A DNA stretch of 64,000 nt from Bugula neritina (lineage: Eukaryota; Animalia; Bryozoa), in assembly GCA_964035545.1 (NCBI GenBank), contig OZ037769.1:12926633-12990632 (forward strand). Reading direction: 5' to 3'. Position numbers and translations under genes: made by a program. Every line of letters begins with the position of its first letter. Within the stretch, counting starts at the first letter, position 1. The notes below the pieces were generated by a model, which was not told the origin of the DNA, made no database searches, and worked only from the letters and a program-made list of their open reading frames with translations. Positions 1-13,118 of this stretch are shown here, piece after piece.

Positions 1-13
1 ACACATTACTCAC

Positions 14-388
14 TTGTATTCTGCTTCCCACCTCCTCCATACACATTCTTGCTGTAGTCATTTGAGTGGACAGAGTGCATGTCATCATAACCGCTGTTAT
101 TAGCCCCAGTGCCACCATAATAGCTGTTGGCCATCGTAGAGGTGGCGTTACTGGCAGCGATGCCAGACTTCTGCTGATTGGCATAGATACCTCCAGCACC
201 TCCAGGCATTCCAACACCCTGGAAGATAAAATAAATTATCACAACTTGTAATAGTAATAGTAATAGTAGCAGCAGTAGTAGTAGTAGTAATAGTAGTAGC
301 AGCAGTAGCAGTGTATATAGTAGTAGTAGCAGTAGCAGCAGTAGCAGTAGTATATAGTAGTAGTAGCAGTAGCAGCAGTAGTAGTAGT

Positions 389-426
<38 letters not shown>

Positions 427-3400
427 TAGCAGCAGTAGTAGTAGTAGCAGTAGTAGTAGTAGCTAGTAGCAGTACTAGGAGTGGACAGACTTACTGGTGC
501 GTACATCCCGTAAGGAGTGGCCGCATGGTAATGGTAGTAGTTGTAGCCTGGGGGCACAGCCATGAACTGTTGGGGCTGCTGGTGCCCTTGACCCTGAGCA
601 GTGTTGGAAGGTGCAGTTTGCTGTTGATTCTGACTGGCTGTAGACTGAGTCCCTTGAACTGTGGGGGACTGAGCGTCTATTCTTGTCATCTTAGCATCAC
701 CTGAGCCAGCTGCAACACACAACACCAGTTTTATCTCAGGTTCTGGTTGAAAGCATTTGGGTAGTCAGTATGCCAGAAAATACTAAACATCTTTTACTGT
801 CACCCCCAAAATGCAGTACAGCCTCTACTTTATAGACTGTAAGATGTTCCAACATGTAATGTTAATATAAAAGTAATGCTTAAGATAAATTACAGGAGAC
901 TGCTTTTACTAACAATCAATACTGATAACTTTGTGACGGTGGATGTAGACGCCCGCCTACCTTGAAAGGCACCAATGGTGGTGGTGCTGAGGGCGTACTG
1001 CTGGTTCTGGTCATAGAAAGCATTGCTGGACAACATCTGCTGGTACTTCTGAAGATCTTCCTGGGTATAGTAACCACCCTGACCCTAGAGACATACAGAG
1101 GAGGTGTAAGTAGAGAGATACACAGGAAGTGTAAGTAGAGAGACTGTAACAAGCTGCTGTATATCCATACTAATCTCAAGCTATCTCCGCTGCACCAACG
1201 TATTGTACTATCTACACAGATGTTAAAGCCAACTCACGTAGAAACTGGGAGGGGCACCACCCATGATGTAGCTGGGCATAGGCGGCATCATGGCTGCGGC
1301 AGCTCCGGTGTTGGCCGGGTGGGGCAGATTAGGTGGAGGCTTGTGTGTCCTTGAACTGTTGACGGCAGACTGATTCTGAGGTGACTGGGTTATGTGTGAG
1401 GAGATGGGAGTGGATATGGATCCAGAGAGAGAAGTGACAGAAGATACACCGGAGTTGTACTGTATGAAACAACAGACAGTCTTCATTAGGTGAACAGTAA
1501 TAGCTTTATTACTACTAGCACGACAACTACTACTAAACTAATGCTGCTGTTAATACTGGTAGTAGTGGCACTAATACTAGTTGTAGTAGTAGTGGCACCC
1601 ATACTAGTTGTAGTAGTATTGGTAGTAATACTAGTTGTATTACTATTACAACTACCAATACCACTAGTAGCAGTAATATTGCTATTAGCAGTATTACTAC
1701 TACTGCTACTACTACCACTACCAGTACCACTTATTACTACTACTAGTACCACTTATTGCTACTGGTACTGCTATCACTACTCACAGGGTAAGTAGATGCT
1801 GGGGGCTGAGACTGCTGCTGTTGAAAAGGTTCGTTTGAAGAGTACAGACTGTTGGTATACTGTTGGGTGTGAGAAGTTAGTGTAGAGACAGCTGACTGTT
1901 GGTGATGACTCGTACTGGACTGGGTGTAGGCATGACTGCCAGCCCCTCTGTCAGTATCCTGTCCCGCCACATGGTAGAAGTTTGAACTCCTGTAAACAGA
2001 ATGTAATATAATGCATAATGATATGCAATGATGAACAACTGATGGATTATGCAGAGGCTACTTTTATGCATACAAATAATTCTCTATACAAATGATGACA
2101 GCCTCTTGAGCAGAGCTGACTCTGATAGAAAATGGTGCTTCATATCGGTAAACGATTCACTCCACTTACTGTTTCACTTCTACTCAAACAGACTCACTCT
2201 CACTCACTCATTTATTCACTCACTCACTAATTCTCTAACTATCTCACCCACTTACTCACTTATTCACTCTCTCACTCTAACTCTCCCACTCACTCTAACT
2301 CTCTCACTCACACACTTACCCAGAGTTTGATGAAGAGCGACCAGAATGGAATGATTGAGCAGAGTGTCCTGTACTTGCACTGCTGCCACCTGTGCTACCG
2401 TCAGCGTTCTGCTGTGTCTGAGAAGAGAGAGATCGGACGGGAAGGTGGTGACTGCCACTAGCGCTGCCGACAGTGTGAGAAGAGTGAGGTGCGTGGGAGG
2501 ATGTTTGAGACGGCTTGTAATGAGTCGATGGTCCGGGACTGCCTCCATAGCTGCTGTGGTGACTGCTGGGTGTAGACTTACTCGTAGAAGATCTAAGAGA
2601 CAGGAAGTGTGAGAGTGATATCTACAGGCTGTACATATCTCGGCACATTGAGAAAGCATCTAGTATATTCCTCCACAAATACAAGACTTTTTTTAAAATT
2701 CGATCTCGTAAAAGTAAGCAATTAAGCTTTACACAGGTTGAAACACTGAAAACACTTGCTTGCGAATGGGCACTGGTTGGAGCCTGCACGGTATTATCAA
2801 CAGACTATCTGACCGCCATGCTGCATATCCAGCCACACATACGCAGTCAATAATATGCGTGAAGTTGAATTTATATTAAACTGTTAGAAAAACTGCATAT
2901 GTTTAGAGAGAGTTGCCAGGCATACATAGGACAACTAGAGAAGGCCGTCAACCACGTGGTGAGGCAGAACCACTCACCCGTGATACATGGCAGTGTTGGG
3001 GCTGCTGGTGCTGCCTTGATGCTGTCCTCGAGAACCTTGCTGCTGAGAGAGTTGCGAGTTGGCGGCAGGCGCGTGAGGAAATGGTATGGGATCAGGACCA
3101 GTGGAGGTTTGCTGCGGAGGCGCAGAGGAGGCATAGAGTGGGTTGGGCACAGACTGGTGGTTTTGCATCTACATGAGAACACATAGTATAAAGAGTTGAC
3201 CGACAAGTAAATGCAGGGTTAATGACCTCGGCGAGTTACTGGAAAAAACACATTCACAGCCTTAAAAATTAACAGAGGAAATATTTGAATACAGTCTAGT
3301 AAGAATATGCTTGTTCAATCACCGCTTGAAGATGGCAGGAATTAAAACTCGGCGCTGTTAATACAAAGTAGATTGACATGGACTCATGTGTGACCATACC

Positions 3401-6400
3401 TACCATAGCCCTATCAGTTTGCTCTTTTAGAACAGTAAATAAAAATATAGATTACAGAATATAAACATGTAGCAGCAACTGACCTGGTGGAGAGAAGGCG
3501 AACTGGATACAGCACTAGATGACGTTGCGGAAAACGAGACGTCATTTGCCGGCGTCGATGAGTCAAAAGCTAATCCAGCAGCCAGTCTCTGTGGAAGATC
3601 TGTCCCGAACTGGACACCCAGTTGGTTGATGCCACCAGTTGATCTGGGCATTTCTACAGGTGCTGTGGGAATCTGGATTATTATGAGACAAGCTAGTGTA
3701 ATAATATATACATTATTATATAGGTCAGCATATTAGTATATAGGTCAGCGTATTAGTATATAGGTCAGTATAGAAGTATATAGGTCAGTTTATTAGCATA
3801 TAGGTCAATATAATAGTATATAGGTCAGTATAGAAGTATAAGTCAGTTTATGAGTATATAGGTCAGTCTAATAGTATATAGGTCAGTATAGTAGTATTAT
3901 GTCGGCGTATAAGTTTATAGGTCATTACATAAGTATATAGGTCAGTTTAGTAGTATATAGGTCAGCATATTCCACAGTAGAATCAACTCTAATGTATATT
4001 AACTTTCAATTCAGCCGAAACTTCAACTTTACGACATTCCAATATCTAAGCCGCAGACTCTGTGATGCTGCAGCAAACAAACCAACATTCAAATAAGTCT
4101 CTACATGGAAAAGTTACAGATTCCCTTCACTGGTCAAAGCAACAAGATTTTAGCCAGTGAAATGAATATTTTCAAAGCTCAGTAATGAAAGTGAAACATG
4201 GTTTCAGCTTTGACTTACCTTAGTGGATGGAGGAGGGAGCTTGGAACGCTGCTGTTTAGAGGGTCGCTGTGACTGAGGCATGCCAACTGTGGGTGAAATG
4301 CCCAGACTGCTGCCGGCCAATCCCTTGCTGCTCTTGGCTGCCGATTCTTCCGCCAACTGCTGCTGCTGTGTTGGTATACCGATGGCACTCTTGATGCTGT
4401 CAGAGGCAAACTGAGCATCGTACAGAGACACTGACGGCTGGGCAATGGAGTCTACAGACTGCTTAAGGAACGAAGTCTCTAAACCCATACTGAAATATTA
4501 GCAGAATCACGGACTAATTGTACTGCTTCTATTCAATGGTGTACAATCAAACAGGAGAAACAGCATCTCGAGGTAGGTGTAGTAATGGAGAAACTGAGAA
4601 AAGCCTGTGTTCAAATTAGATAGCAAAAGAAGTTATTTCAACCTGGGCGCCAAATCAAAATTTATAAAGAAATTTAAATAACTTATGCTATCTAAATTTC
4701 TCCACTACTGCTCCTAAATGAGCATCTCACTATTAGTTATACACAGTCAGCTCTGAGATGTGTCAACTGTACTGTTTAAAGCCATATACAGTCTAGTGTG
4801 TCACTGTTTAAAGTTATATGTAGTCAGCTCTGCACTAAAAAAGGAAGTTTGACACTGACAGGGTCTAACAGCTAATGCTATCTAGTAGACAAAATAAAGA
4901 ATGTTATGAGATATCCCCAACATAAAAGCTACCAGATGGGAACACACCTGTTGGCAGTAGAGGGGGGCAGCTGATTGCTGGATCCGCCATTCATACTGGA
5001 AGAGATACTGTGCTGCTGCTGTTGAGGAGGAGTGACTGTAGGCAGCGAGGCAGCAGACGCCGGGTCAAACTCCGTCGGAGTTGGGAACGTGTCAACTTTG
5101 TTTGAAGATTCAAAAACATGAGTACCTTTCAGATCTCCTGCAAAAGAGAGAAGGAAGTGAAAGTCGGTTAATCCAAGGAGCTGGAGGAAAGCGACAGGTA
5201 CACGTCTGGCAATTACATTCGGGTCATTTTACTTACTTTAGTGTTTAGCTATTTTTCACAATTTAGCAGCCAATTTTTTCACGACAGTCCGAAAATTTAA
5301 ATTAACTACATAATTAGGAAAAAAACATTGGAAATAAAGCAAAATTAAAAAGAACTTTGATTATTTAATTGTATTTGTTAATATTTTATTAGTTTAGGGC
5401 AAAAACCCATATAAATTAGCAACTAAATTGCGAAAAATAGCGAAACACTAGGGATTTCAAGTGTCTACTAACTTAAGTAAAATGACCCATTTCAAAGAAA
5501 ATTTTAGTAGCAGGTGACTTTTAACAGGAAATAAAAGCTTAATCAATAACAGACAAAACACTATTTTAATAAGTTTTACTCCATTTATAAGCCAGGAGTT
5601 TCAACATGGTTGATAAGTAACTGCTAAAGATTACTACTGATAATGAAACTTGGTTGTTGAAGGAAGCCTAGTCTAATAATATAATTCTAGAAAGTGCAGG
5701 TACAGATAACTATAACAGTTCAACATATTGATATATATATATCTACATAGTGTCGGAATGCTGTCTGACACCCTTGCACATAGTGTATTGTTTTGAGTCA
5801 ATGGCTAGCTAAGTAGATTATTACATCTTAAAGTACCAGTAACCTACTAAACTGAAGGCATAACATGTAGTCTTACCACCACAACTACTAATTACTTGTC
5901 TGTTACATCACAGACAAGCTCACACCTCTGAGCACTTGAATGTACTTATAAGTTCCATGTTCACTGTTTGAGACTAGCAAACGAGTTTACAACTACCATT
6001 ACTGTAATTACTAAAGTACTATGTGTCATAATCATAAGCAGTCCCGAGTTTAGGTTTAGGTCTATGTGTAATGCCACAAAATTGATATATTGAGCCTTCC
6101 TACTTGTGTACTCACTAATATTTATACAAAAAGTCATTTAATGAGTGTAAGCTGAACCCTGTAATTATATACCATACCAACTGCTCAGTTACAATGAATA
6201 ACCACTAACAGCCACTATTACACTGTGATTGTTTACTACTTGCTGTAACTAACCTGTCAATCATAGATAAGATTTTAATTGTTATCTTATCAGCAATTTA
6301 TACTATTTCGTGTGGATATTTTGTGTAAAAACTCCCAAAATCAAAACTGAATAACAAAATGTATAAGATTTTCTCTCTGTTGGCTTGTTGCATGTCAAAG

Positions 6401-9371
6401 TGCTCTTTAGTGTAAATTTTTCAGTTTCTGCACTTTTTTCTATTCTATTTAAGTTGAAGTTTTATTTCACCTCAAACATCAAATGAAAAACTATCAAACC
6501 AACTGTAGTACAACTCAGCACTGTAAAGTTATTCTAATCAACTGCCGCGGTAAAACAATGCCACTTGTTTTCATAAGTAGAAATTAGCTTTGGATCACAG
6601 AATTAATGACTTACATATCAGCTTAAGAAACCAGGCTAGCACTAATGATACTATACATTGCTATGTTATACTGCACTTCAACTTACAGGAGATATAACCA
6701 TAGAGTGTAATAATATTAGTCTCATTTATAGGACTAATTTGAAGCTATGCCCTACACCTATTGAGATATTCTTTGTACTATTCGTAACCTGTCTCCTGTT
6801 CAGTAACAACCCTTATTATTTTCCTTTCTCCATTATAGCAATGCCAAAATACATGACTCAATCTATTTACATCAAGAATAACCAAAGGAAACGCTCAAGC
6901 CAAGCCATTGGATCGGAATACAACTCTGTCTGCTTTACGACACATTTGAGTGTCTTGAGTGAAAGTTGCCAGTCACTGATTTCCATCTAGTAATAACTGG
7001 TAGCAGAGTTAAGAGGTGCTACAAGACTGCCACAAGCTCTGACTATACTATACCTTGCCACTGGTTGTCCTCGTCAGCAGTGTAAACTTCTCCCCAGGAG
7101 TCTGTCTTGGGGTTAGCATCAGCCTCACTCGTCCAGGTGCCTATCTGAGTGGTGGTGTTGGCAGAGTCGTTTCTGTCACTCGACATGTGATTGTCGGCAT
7201 TCCTGCCAAAACCCCCTCTGTTGTGAAATCCACCACTGTCGCTGTAGGGCACAAAGACAACATCAAACAAACACACATATATGTATGTATACTATCTGGT
7301 GTTACCATGCAACACGCGGCAATAGAAAAGCATGAGGAAGCCACAACAAACATTGCCTTAATATTCTCAACCAGAAAAAATGTTTATATAATTGACATAA
7401 ACCGACAGAGAAAAGAGAGAAAAGTAAACCCACCGATTGAAACCACCCCTCCCCTGTCCACCTCGAGACCTGCCCCGCCCTCGTCCACCACCAAACCGCC
7501 TCTCACTGTTGAAACCGCCGCCGCCGCTGCTGCCGTCCCTTCCACCATCATCCCGTGATCTGTACTCCCTCCTGCCACCTCTCTGGAGACGCGGCGGTGC
7601 ATTTCTGGCGTTACTGAAGTTCTGCCTGCCTTCTGTATGTCTGCAAGGTTAGAGAGAGCACGCAGCTATTGAGAGTAGAATGAATACATGTAAGGAGATA
7701 CAGAGCTTAGTCAGCTACTAACCCAAGAGTGTAATCAACAGAAAAGGGCGTGGAGCACCTCAAACTGACACATTGATGCAAGAAGAGTACAGGTGTGAGC
7801 AAGTGCCCCTGTAACAGTATAACACACGTAGTCCCTATCTTTCCAAGTATTTAACCTTAAAGAAATGATAAAGACGCAGGATTAGTAGTAAAGTTAAAAT
7901 GATACAGGTCGCAGACTCTCTAGAAACTTCTAGAAGTGAAGATCAATTCCATGTATTGGCTAGGAGAAGACCAACCTGTTTTCTTTCCAGCCGTCATCAT
8001 TATCAGTGTCTGTGGGTGTAGAGAACATGTCTTCTGACTCGGGTGTGGCTTGTGCCGCCTGCTTTTTCTTCCCCTTTGTCTTCTGCTCTTGCCAGCCATT
8101 CTACAGAATGAGGGGAGTATATTTATTCTTCCAGCCAATAACAGCTGAGGAAATTCTACATTATATTCTCTACACATTCTCTTGCTGTCTTTTCATGACT
8201 CATAATAAATGCCAAGATGATACAAAACTGTATAAAGATTGATTGGAGCAGCTAACTTAGAATGTAACAAGTAACTCACTATTCAACAATAACTTACTAT
8301 TGAAAAAACTACTTACTCTTTAAAAATTAATAGCATACTATTTAACGAACAACTTACTATCATGTTGTCTGACTCGAGCAGCAGTATCACGGCAGCATTG
8401 ACGTCATTGTCTGAATCGTGAAGAGCTAGGATAGCATTATCTTGAGTACACCTCGTCAAATTAATAACCTGCAAATAAGGAAGAGAATAAGAATATACAC
8501 AAGTAGGAAGTACACATCGTGTAGGAGAGCGTATTCAGTTGATTACAAGGAGTTGTCAGCACTAGAAGAGTATAAACTAGCAGCTTGCTCAGCACATACC
8601 TGCTGTACCTTCTGTTTCAGAGCCGGATCTAGGTTTTGATCCGGGTTCTGTGAATTTTCTGTGTGCTAAAAATTGATTTCAACAGATTAGAAACTTCAAG
8701 TGACTACAGCATTGTCACATACCATCAATTTCCTAACTTCCCCATCCCTTATGACCACGTATCTTTGTAATTAAATGACTATGTTATGAGTACTCTTTGA
8801 TATTTCTATTATATCTAGAGGGAAAAACAAAATCATAGAAAAATTATTCAATATTCTAACAGGTTTGTGCGAGATTTCAACATTATTACGGGGCATATAC
8901 ATGGTAGATGGTGGCATTCACCGTCACCAACCAACCACTACCTCATCAAACACCATTGAAGGAATGATGGTAACTAGTGCCTGTACATAATGTGCATATA
9001 ATTAGCATTGCACACACAAGTCAAGGCAGCACTTGACTAGCTGACATTCAAATAACAACATAACGGACTTTGCCCCATACAGCTGCCTTACTGCACAATG
9101 ATTTTTTTCATAATTCAAGTAGGTTCTATAATTTTCTAAAGCTGATTAATTCATACTCAGCTAGTTTTAGATTGTTTAGTAAAAGTTAAAATGATCATTG
9201 TTAGTATCAGAAAAGAACTATTGACTACCAATGGTAGAATGACATCTGAAATAGCTGGGAATAGCTGCTACGATAGATACTCACATTAGGTTTGGAAACT
9301 TCTGTTGCTTCATGCTTCTTTGACTTACTTCCCTTGTCTAACCTTCCATGGGAGGCAGAATTCGACTTCAT
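14..9371 (-). CDS. UBAP2: Ubiquitin-associated protein 2 / lingerer (UBAP2/UBAP2L family), multi-exon; the 3' end continues beyond the window start
   Basis: Phase-consistent GT-AG exons (minus): 9371-9285 (MKSNSASHGR...), 8665-8600, 8468-8358 (UBA domain VINLTRCTQDNAILALHDSDNDVNAAVILLLE), 8100-7976, 7640-7434 (RGG box), 7241-7054, 5137-4947 (WQG|DLKGTHVF), 4489-4219, 3672-3484 (K|IPTAPVEMP..LGVQFG, DUF3697-like), 3168-2978, 2592-2319, 1989-1785, 1459-1238, 1084-961 (YTQEDLQ), 709-495 (DAKMTRIDAQSP), 218-14. The motif order matches the lingerer/UBAP2L family. Confidence 0.9.
250..477. repeat. (TAG/CAG)n triplet microsatellite in a UBAP2 intron
   Basis: Directly visible. It produces the spurious poly-Y/C/L stretch of ORF 6..725. 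Confidence 0.95.
1495..1780. repeat. Degenerate TAG/TAC triplet low-complexity intron repeat
   Basis: Visible TAG/TAC/TAA triplets. They explain the overlapping low-complexity ORFs at 1486-1795. Confidence 0.85.
2155..2315. repeat. (CACT)n-like tetranucleotide repeat, read as GAGT/GTGAGT on the UBAP2 sense strand
   Basis: ctcactcact units directly follow the exon donor at 2318. Confidence 0.85.
3717..3970. repeat. 20-bp minisatellite (taggtcagcatattagtata), about 12 copies, in a UBAP2 intron
   Basis: Units start at 3721, 3741, 3761, 3781, 3801, 3821 and continue more degenerately. Confidence 0.9.
5221..5488. mobile_element. MITE-like non-autonomous DNA element, 268 bp
   Basis: Perfect 15-bp terminal inverted repeats gggtcattttactta (5221) and taagtaaaatgaccc (5474-5488). 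A related inverted copy starts at 22646. Confidence 0.8.
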
Positions 9372-11839
9372 ATTGTATTTATGTACAATATTTACACAAG
9401 CTTTATACAAATTCCCTTGCTCATGGGCTGAATAAACTGCAATAACAACCATTTAAAATCAGTTTGACAAGCATGGGGAAGGCAAGCATAAAAAATATTA
9501 TTTCAATAAAATCCCAGCTTGCACAAAATATGAACATAAGATAACATATGAGAAGATTTTATATCGAGACTGACTAAACTAATGGTTCCTAAGTTATCAA
9601 ATGAAAAATAAATGAAACTAAAATCACAAAAAAACTGAAACATATAGTTTTTTGTTTTGCAACTAACATATCATAGTATGTATACAAAAAAAAAGATCTA
9701 AAAATAAAGATGGATTAATTAACTAAAATTATAATTAGAGACTGGGTGTACAGTAGTTCAGCACCGAAAAGCTAGACTACAGACATTAAATGTGAATGTT
9801 ACTCCAACCAGCAGAGGCCATCTTAAATTCGAATCAAACATGGTGAATTTTTTTTATAGAACTGCTAAGATTAGTCTAGATTAAGTTTTGAATTAACTGA
9901 ACAATTGATATTAAACATGAATTTTAATTATGAGTCTGAATTATTTAATAATTAATACTTTATAATAGTTGAAAATGATGTTAAAAATATCAAATCTGAG
10001 TAAATACAACATAACTAAAGTAGCACAATCATTGCACTTTTTACATCCCACTTAGGTTACTGCATTGGCTGATCAGCTATAGTCTAGATTTGTTAAAACC
10101 ATATTTATTACTTTTAGAAGAGTGCATTATAGTTTATGTTTACAGTAAATTTGTTAAATTTAAATTTTTAAATATACAGTCAAATATAAATAAACTGTTT
10201 GTTAAATATGGCACTGAGTATGTAGAATCACCAAACATGAATAAACAAAAGTTCAAATACTTCAATTTAAAACGATGGGGATGACCATGTAAATTACTTG
10301 AACATGCCAAGAACAAAAAAATACCTACAATACATATACTGCTAACAAAATAATAATCTAGTTGGGTAATAGGTAAATTATGAGCAGGAGAACCTATCCT
10401 TTAGGAGATTTCAAACATAGGTTAACCACAAAATGTATATTTTTGCTACTGCAATTGCTTAATTAAAGCCACCAATAAACAAACTAGTTTCAATTAGATT
10501 ACACCTAAACTAAAAGTGTATACTGTATAGCTATAGTCTATAGTATAGCCACCAAATTACTTGTTGGGTTTAGTTTATACGGACACTACCACTGACCCTA
10601 CGAGGTAACAAAAAAGGTGAAAGTTATCATAAGTTGCTTCAGCTTAAAGCTAGGAGTAGGAACAGAAATATTTTTTCAATTAAAATGAAACTGCCTTTTT
10701 TCAAATTGTACCTAGTTGTACTTGGTTAAATGATTTAAATGAAACTATATGAACTAAAGTACAGCTTTGATCAAAAGCGGGTCTACACTCAAATTAAATC
10801 AGCTCAATAAATACAAATATAAATTATAGACCATAAAGGGTAAGTGTGGATGCACCTTGAGACTGTGAAACTTAGCAAGATTGTGGATTGTTTGAGTAGT
10901 AGACTAATACAAATAATGATGCCCAGAACCCTATTAATATGCAATTACATCATCTGTTATCATTCTCACGTTATTTATGATTATTGTGATCGAGAAAACA
11001 GGCTACTTGATGTCGATCAATTAATTTTAGTAATTATCCAAATCAATATTATTCACACTGATTTAGAAACTGAGTGATTAACATGACCAATTATTTGGTC
11101 ATACAGAGGCTCACTGATCAAAAGTACATATAAACATTTTTTTATAATAAATACAAAGATAATCATAATCATAATCAAATGATAAACATAGAGTTAGAAT
11201 ATTACCTTCCTCATCGTGATCATTCGATCATCAACAGGAACATGAATATTATTTTTATGAATTATCATAATGACAATGAATATGATAATCTTTATCATTA
11301 TCATTATGCCTATCATATTATTACTAAACATTATTGGAAACTTTCTGTTATTGATAATCAATTTTAATTTGATATTTCCTCAGTACCAGTATGAGTAAAA
11401 CTAAAGCAAAATGAATATGCAAGATTTAAAGACATTCAGATTGAGATTCTGATTCAACTTCAATTTTATACTAAAAACTAAAATTAAAACCAAAGTTGAG
11501 AAAAATTGTAAAAGTTAAAGTAGTGATAGTGTAGTTTTTACTACTATTGTTTTATTAGAACTACTACTACTACTAATGCTACTAGTCCTAGTGTCTAAAA
11601 GTAAAAGCAAAAGTTACAATTCCAAATTCAAATTGAAGTTGAAAATCAAAATGAAAATGAAAATCCTAATTCAATATATTTTTTGAAATTAAATAAAATT
11701 ACATGGTCAAAAATAAAACAGAATAAACTTTATATAACATACAAATCTTTGGCTGGCAATAAATATTCACTAAAAGTAAATTATTTTGGTAAAATGAAAG
11801 AAAAAAGACCATACATTTATATTTCAACCTACACGAGTC

Positions 11840-12100
11840 TTACCATAGATGCTTTCTTCTCATAACAAGGGGTCACGTGACGTTACTGCGGGATTTGCAA
11901 GATGTTTCACGGTAGTCTTTTAGTCAGTCTTTCACGCAACATAAAGAATACCGAGATTGTATCAAATGGACGTAATTTGTAAAAGTTTTAACCTTGTAGT
12001 CTAAAACTTTCGCGTCTTTTATTGGCTAACTCTAAAGTGTGGAGCAGGCTATTGTTGTAGCGGTTCCAATCTCTCCAGTGTTTATACTTTGGATCCGATT
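11840..12100. promoter_or_regulatory. Putative bidirectional promoter between UBAP2 (-) and rogdi (+)
   Basis: Locally CpG-rich patch within very AT-rich DNA. It contains the palindrome GTCACGTGAC (11872-11881), a CCAAT box (attgg near 12021) and a minus-strand donor ATG|GTAAG at 11844/11843. Confidence 0.55.
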
Positions 12101-13118
12101 CATATTGATATTGAATAATTATTCATATTCATATTGATATTCAAATACCTATGATTAGAAATTTAAGTAGTGTGGGTTGTTTGCAATAGTATGTTAAATG
12201 TAGCATTAATATAAACATAATAATGTGTATAAAAACTTGATTGATGATCATGATAACCTATACAGTATACTCTCTAACTGATAACTCTATTACTATAAGT
12301 ATAAGATTAAGTATAAGTTATTAACTTTAACTTTAAGTATAGTTATACTTATAGTTATAGTTAAGTTATAGTTATTTAGTATAATAGTTAATGTTATGCT
12401 AATACTTATACTTATAGTAGTAATAGTTATACTTATAGTAATAGTTATTGGTTATTATTTATACTAACACTTATAGTTATAGTTATACTTATAGTTATTA
12501 TTGTTATACTATAGACTATAGTTATAGTTACAGTTCTACTTGGTAACTTACTCCTACTCTTGGTCTTAGTCTTATAGTTATACGTATAGCTGTAGTAATT
12601 TTTAGCAACGCTTTAGCCTTAAGCTTAGCTGGGTTTTACTTAAAATTAAAGTCATGTCCTGATGTTTGTGTTCATGTTGACTCAATCTGATTTGATCTGA
12701 ATTTAAGTTTTCAAGTACTTGTTTAACTCAAGTACTAGTCATTTAAGTAACTCAAACGCAACTACATTTACTCATTACTATAGTACATAAAAATAGAACT
12801 CCTTAAAGTTTATAGCTAAGATAAGAATTGTTTCAATAGATTGCCTTAACTTTAAGACCGCCTGTAATTATTAGAGTTTGATAAACTATAAAATCAGCTT
12901 TAGTAGAAGTTAAACCGGTCATTTAGGTTTAACCATATGAATGTGATTTATATAAGCTGTCACAGAGCTGTTACACTTGTTAATAGTTGTTAAAACTAAG
13001 GTTTGCCAAAATAAAACTCTGATGGTAATCATTATCATTCTAGTAACTCAAATCGTTAAGATTGCCAATAGTAATGCTTTTATTTAGTGTAATCAAAGGT
13101 CTGAGAAGCTTAGGTTGA

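Noticed and set aside
6-725. 239-aa ORF with a poly-Y/C/L hydrophobic stretch
   Set aside because: It is two real UBAP2 exons (709-495 and 218-14) joined by a stop-free microsatellite intron with canonical splice sites.
5490-9280. Intronic snoRNAs in UBAP2 (vertebrate homologs host snoRNAs)
   Set aside because: I found no convincing C/D box pair with a terminal stem or H/ACA structure by eye. An Infernal/Rfam scan would be needed.
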